A stretch of 64,000 nucleotides of DNA from Paraspadella gotoi (taxonomy: Eukaryota; Animalia; Chaetognatha): positions 26,272,042-26,336,041 of the forward strand of contig CM119267.1 in assembly GCA_051294375.1 (NCBI GenBank). The letters run 5' to 3'. Below are positions 58,292 to 64,000 of the stretch, piece by piece (position 1 is the first letter of the stretch; each line of letters opens with the position of its first letter). The notes under the pieces were generated by a model, which saw only the letters and a list, made by a program, of their open reading frames with translations, did not search any database and was not told where the DNA came from. The translations under genes were made by a program, and so were the position numbers.

Positions 58292-61200
58292 GTGTCGGGT
58301 CATCGTGAAGAAGAGAAGGAAAAAGGAGGAAAGGAAAGAAAGAGAGGAAAGGGAAGTAAGGGTGAGAAGGGGGGTCCCGGGCATAATTTTATGTAGGGGG
58401 GCTGCGCATCAGGAGAGATTCTCTGTTCTGTGACGTCTAAATGAAGGTTAGTATGCATAAAAAATACAATGTCGACTTCTCAAGCTCTACTCAGCTCTGG
58501 GGGGTTGTCCTAAGATAAGTGGGAACAAGGCCTAAATTAGCCATTCCGGTGTTAGTACACTGTTACAAAATTACAATGAAAATTTAACACTAAACAAGAC
58601 TTTGTAGGCAATCTTTTTTTTGTTAGGAATCCTTGTCGTTGTCTTTGTCCTTGCGGCATCTTAAAAGGTTTGTTTGGTCTTCTTCTTCATGCGATTGCTG
58701 AGTTATTCTACCGTTGTGGCTAATCATCTCTTTGCTGGGAATCTGTCTCCTTCTGGAAATTGTTGTCCTTCCTCGTTGTGGTTCTCCTGAGGATCGTCTT
58801 TGTGGCACCCGTCGAAGAGGCTTGAGTATTACTCCTTGAGTATATTTGGAATCCAATCTTCCATAGGAAGCCGTCTTTGCAAGACCGAGATAATCTTTGT
58901 TCCNNNNNNNNNNNNNNNNNNNNNNNNNNNNNNNNNNNNNNNNNNNNNNNNNNNNNNNNNNNNNNNNNNNNNNNNNNNNNNNNNNNNNNNNNNCAGGGCC
59001 AAGAGGAATCTGCAATCTTGTTAGGGAATTCTTTAGGGTTTGCCGTTGGTGGTGATAATATCCGCGAGTGCCGCGGGTGGTGATAATATCCGCGAGTGCC
59101 GCGGGTGGCTAATAGTGTATAGTTTTTTGTTCCTCAGTTTTGTTTCCGTTTCCGTTTTTGTTTCATCAGTTTTTTTTTTGTGTGTGTGTAATCAGCTTGG
59201 GTCGTAGCTTTGTATGTACAGGTCGGAGAGGGAACTACCGTGGCTACAGTGTTCCCAATTCCACGGTCAGCCTATACGTTTGGGGCAGGTTGTTTCCGTT
59301 GTTTCCGCAGTTTCATGCCTCTGCTGTTCCCGGTTGTGAGGCGCGGTGACCGTAGGCGTTCGCATCGCATCCGGGGGCAGCTTCTTCAGCACTCTGCGGT
59401 GGACGACTCTGTCGTCGTTCATATTCTAGCACTCACCAGGTGCATCATGGCTCTCACTTCATTGTTGACTGGATAGTTTGGGCCAGATTTGACATTGCAG
59501 TCCTCTGAATTCCCGACTAAGTTGATCTTTCCAAAATGATTTTCTCGTACCTTCTCAGAAGTTCGGTATGATGCCTGAATATTTCCACTTTTGCTCACCC
59601 AACAGATTCCAACTCCTTGCTCGCCAGACAGATTCCCACTCTTAGCTCGCCGACAGATTCCACTCTGCTCGCCGACAGGATATCCACTCTATGCTCGCCA
59701 GACAGATTTCACACCTTGCTCGCAGAACAGATTATCACTCCTTGCTCGCCGACCGATTCCACTCATCCTCACGCTCGCCGACCGATTTCCACTTTTTTCT
59801 TGGGGGGCCTTCGCCGACAGATTCCACTCATATGCTCGCCGACAGATTCCACTCTTGCTCGCGAACAGATTTACCACTCTTGCTACTCCGACAGAATATT
59901 ACTCACTCTAGCTCGCGACAGATTCCCACCACTCTAGCTCGCCACCAGACTCCACTCCAATGATACGCCAACAGTACCCTCATGCTCGCCCAACATAGAT
60001 CCCACTCTGCTCGCCGACAGATTCCACTCTTGCTCGCCGACAGATTCTACTCTTGCTCGCCGACTGATTCCACTCTTGCTTGTCATCATGTTTCTCTATT
60101 GATCGTCATCATGTTCCTCTTCTGTTAGTGTTAACCGTCAGATTCTGCTCTTGTTCATTATCAGATTCTACTCTTTTATTTTCTCATCAAATTTGATTTT
60201 GTCCGTCTGAAATGTTTTGAAGTTTTTGTATAAAGGTCAAATTTTTGAAAGTTTCTTCAGGTGAAATATAGATTCTTGCATCTCTCTTCCGATGGAAATA
60301 CGTCTCTCTTCCGATGGAACCGCGTCTCTCTTCCGATGGANNNNNNNNNNNNNNNNNNNNNNNNNNNNNNNNNNNNNNNNNNNNNNNNNNNNNNNNNNNN
60401 NNNNNNNNNNNNNNNNNNNNNNNNNNNNNNNNNNNNNNNNNNNNNNNNNNNNNNNNNNNNNNNNNNNNNNNNNNNNNNNNNNNNNNNNNNNNNNNNNNNN
60501 NNNNNNNNNNNNNNNNNNNNNNNNNNNNNNNNNNNNNNNNNNNNNNNNNNNNNNNNNNNNNNNNNNNNNNNNNNNNNNNNNNNNNNNNNNNNNNNNNNNN
60601 NNNNNNNNTCCGATGGAACCGTTCAATGAATCCTTATCTTTTCGGCATGTGCAGAACGCCTTGTTTGACCGTTTTGGACCCCTTGCTTGACCATCTAGAC
60701 TGCCTCGCTTGACCGTATTGAATGCCTCGGTTGAATGTCCCAAATGCCTTGCTTGAATGTCCCGAATGCCTCATTTGATTGTCCCAGATCTTTTGCTTGA
60801 TTGTCCCGTATGTCACACTTGACTGTCCAGAACGCTTCACTTGTTCGCCGAGAAAGATCTCCATCTGAATTTCCGTCCTTTTTTCTTCTTCCCTCAAAAC
60901 GAAATCCTTTTTTTTTTCTCAAAAATAACTTCTTCGATCGTCCATCGTTATAAAGGTCAACTTTTTAAAATCCTCGTCAGTCATCTTTCTTCCGCTCGAG
61001 ACTTGGATCCTTCTGGCTTTGAACTTTGGATCCGCGGCCCGTGACTTCACTCCGTCTTCGTTGAAAGTTGAGAGCCGAATTCTGAGAGAGAGAGAGAGAA
61101 AGAGACTCTGAAATTTCGGATCTTTGACTTTGGTCTTTTTCGCGGCTCGGTTTTCCTGTTTATTTTGATGTCGTTTTTGCTGAATCCATCGCCAGTTTTC

Positions 61201-64000
61201 ATCTTTGATCGCATCTTCCTGTTTCAATCTTCTTTCCATCTTCCATCTTTTAATTGAACGCATCGTCGCCTCTCTTCATCGCGATTGCCTTCGTTTATAA
61301 GATCTCTTACGTAATTGTCTCCTATTTTAAATTTATGCTTCGTTCCCTCTCTTTTTTCTTGTTGGTTGATCAAAGGTCTCATGCATTTAAATTTAATTGG
61401 AGTTAATGAAAACAAAACATTCCAATGTCAGGGACGCCCCCCTTTTTCACTTTCAGGAACAGGAATGAAAACAAAAGTTGCGGAAATTGGCAGCCCTCCA
61501 ATATTTTACATAAAACAATCCCGAAATGCATGTTTTGAAATCGACTTTTCCGCGTATTATTTAAGTGTCGTGAAACTAAGCATTTCTTTAAACAAGAAAA
61601 GGATACTTGATTTAAAGCTGAGAGGCCAAAAATTGAGTTCACATGTCCTTGAAGCTGCAGGGTGGGGTCACTCCGTTACATTGTTACAGCTCTGTCTGGG
61701 TTCCAGAATTGTTTTTTTTTTTTTTTTTGGAAAGAATCATCCCTAAAAAGATTTGTCTACAGATGAAATCCATTCTGACGCTCTTCTAAGGCAAAATTCG
61801 TTTTCCAGGTGGCTCGCCCTCGTCATCCTATTTGCTCGCACCTCAGATACTGTCTATTTTGCATTCGCCCACTGCGTCTGAGTCGTTTGCTTCGCCCTCG
61901 TCCTGTCTTTTGCTCGCTTTATTTTTTTTATTATCTCTGTCATTTTGCTCGGCCCTAGTTCTGATCTTTTTGCATCGCCCTCCATTACGTACCATCATTT
62001 TGCATCCGCAGCCCTTGCGTCATGATCGCTTGCTTGGCTCAGCTCCTTCATTGTCATCGCTTTTTTGTGCCTGCAATCGTTTTCCGTCCAGATGGTCGCA
62101 TCTGCTTTTGAGGTCCGTTTCTTAATCGTGTCCATCAAAGTCCTGTATCCTTGTCGTACCGGTTTCCTTTTGAGGTCCGTGTCCTCAACATCCCGTGTCC
62201 CATCGAATCGCTAAGATATCCTTGCACTTCGCCATTTGGCGATCACTGCGTTGCTTTGTCCAGGAAATTAACCTTTTCGTTGCTTACAGTGCGTTGCTCC
62301 TTGTCTCGTTCCCACTGTTGGTCTCCTGGATATCTGGTGTCCTTTTCCCTATGTCTCCGTAATATCGCTGGTTAATTTTCCTGGAATATTTGTCCAGGTT
62401 CTTCATCGATCTCCCTGCGTCGATCCGTGCCTTTTGGTTGTGCGTCTGCCATAAATGTGGGATCGTCTCCAGTCGGATATCGTCTTTCCTCTCTGACGTC
62501 GTCTTCCTATCTGCATCATACTCCAAATAGTCTTCCTTTGTTGTATTCCATTTTAATCGCCAGCCCTAAGCGCTTGTCATCTTTACATCGCACTTCTCGA
62601 TCGTGCTCTTCGTCGTCGGATGTCGCCGCTGTTCTGTCGTATCGACGGCCTTGTCGTCGTCGTATCCTTCGTTCACCGCCGCCCTGTTTGTCGTCTGCTC
62701 TTTCGCGTTCGTCTCCGAATCGCCGTCCTTCGTTGTCGATTTGGTTCGCCGCACTAGGTTCGCCGCAACCTTCGTGCCTCCTTCTCGTCGCCCCGTCCGT
62801 ATAACGACTAGCAGCCGCCTCATGCTCCACTCGTCATCTCCGATTTCCGTCGCTCAAGAATCTTTCTGATTTTGCCATCGTATCTTTAGGGACGTCGTGC
62901 GCCGTCGATCCGTCGTCATACCTTCTCTCCAGTTCAACTCGTCTCCGAGCTCGTCCGGTCGTCGCCTCCGTCGCCGCCGTTCGCATTTTCGTGCGAGCCC
63001 GGTCTCCATCTCGTACGTAGTCAGTCCCGCCGCCCTTCGGCTCGTGTAATGCTTGTTTTCGATCGCTCGCCTTCTTAACAGTCTCCTTTTTCGTCGTCGT
63101 CGATCTTAGATCCCCTTCGCGTCTACATGGTTGAGTTAAACATGAGACAGATTGGTATACTCTAGAATGGACCGTATCCCACAGGGGTAGTGGGTTCGGT
63201 AGGCGCGAAAAAGGGCGCCAACTAACTGATGTGGTAGTTCGCAATCATACTCTATCCTTCTCTGAGGTAAAGTCCAAAGGAAAATAGAAGGATCCAAAAG
63301 TATATGGTGCAAAAAAAGATATATCTCTGAAAGGGACTCGCGAGCCTCGAGAGTACGTAACACCTAAGACAGAAACTAAAATCTATCTCTCTTTGCTCTC
63401 TGTGCTCCTTCTGTCGTCGCTCGATGAGGAGGAAGGGAAAGGGAGGAAAGAGGCGGAAAGGGAAGAAGAAAAGGTGTCTCGAGCGAAATGGGGAAGAGAA
63501 ATGGGGGAATCCAGTGAAATATACTCATCCCTCTATTCTGATTTGTTTTTATTTAAACCACAATCGTTGTTAAAAATCAAATGTTTTCCTTTAATCCTAT
63601 CACACAACGAAACGAAAGGATAAATCCAAAAACTTATTAATTTAAATATACAAATATAACCGCGCGGAGAAAACAGAGCAGTTGCCTTTTGCTTTATAAA
63701 AATAAGCATTTCCTCAAAGTATTGCAAAACAGTTAATAAATCGGTTAAAACTAAGAAAGAGTATTATTTGAATATTCATTCAAAATTTAAAAAATCCTTA
63801 GTTTTAAGAGTAATGATTTTTAAAATTTTGTCAGATAGCATGGTCCTACCCACTGTTACCTGGGTTTGGCAAAACCTGTTTTGAAAAAGACGCAGCCCAT
63901 ATCTGGGCTTCTTTTTTTGTATTTTTCCTTGGTGGTTTTTAATTGATTATTTCTTCATTTGGATTTATTTTAAATTGATAGATAGCAGAACTTCATTATT

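Larger units (their letters stand above)
54842..63540 (-). mobile_element. Element X copy 2 (non-autonomous LTR element), interrupted by a hAT transposon
   Basis: LTRs 54842-55073 (internal deletion) and 63222-63540 (noisy); CTAAC...TCTG termini; 5-bp TSD ATTTG at 54837-41 and 63541-45; minus-strand TGGCGCCC 1 nt after the 5' LTR; internal region colinear with copy 1. Confidence 0.85.

Noticed and set aside
59500-63400. Accelerated divergence of element X copy 2
   Set aside because: Indel-dominated noise in patches between N-gaps looks like unpolished long-read gap filling rather than biology.

Overview
Eukaryotic (metazoan-like) genomic scaffold with AT-rich introns, short GC-rich exons, three N-gaps and some indel-noisy stretches. 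Host genes: a complete 6-exon SNRPA1 (U2A') gene, followed 226 nt later by the first 7 exons of KANSL3; a frameshifted minus-strand TM/EGF/C-type-lectin/CUB gene; and one EF-1beta-N-terminal-like exon. Most of the window is nested mobile DNA: two Penelope-like relics, an RTE-like LINE, hAT and Tc1/mariner-type elements, two Helentron-derived (HINE/DINE-like) families, two families of tRNA-bearing TRIMs, an inverted-repeat element whose arms carry a tRNA-like head, and two copies of a non-autonomous LTR element with non-canonical C...G termini and 5-bp TSDs. The main finding is a ~6.6-kb tyrosine-recombinase (DIRS/PAT-type) retrotransposon. It has an ALOG domain in a frame missing from the ORF track, and a pol region carrying RT-RNaseH-methyltransferase-SGNH hydrolase. 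Its gag C-half, pol and recombinase frames each open at an in-phase 3' splice site, which suggests expression by alternative splicing. All protein and family calls come from motif recognition by eye, not database searches.
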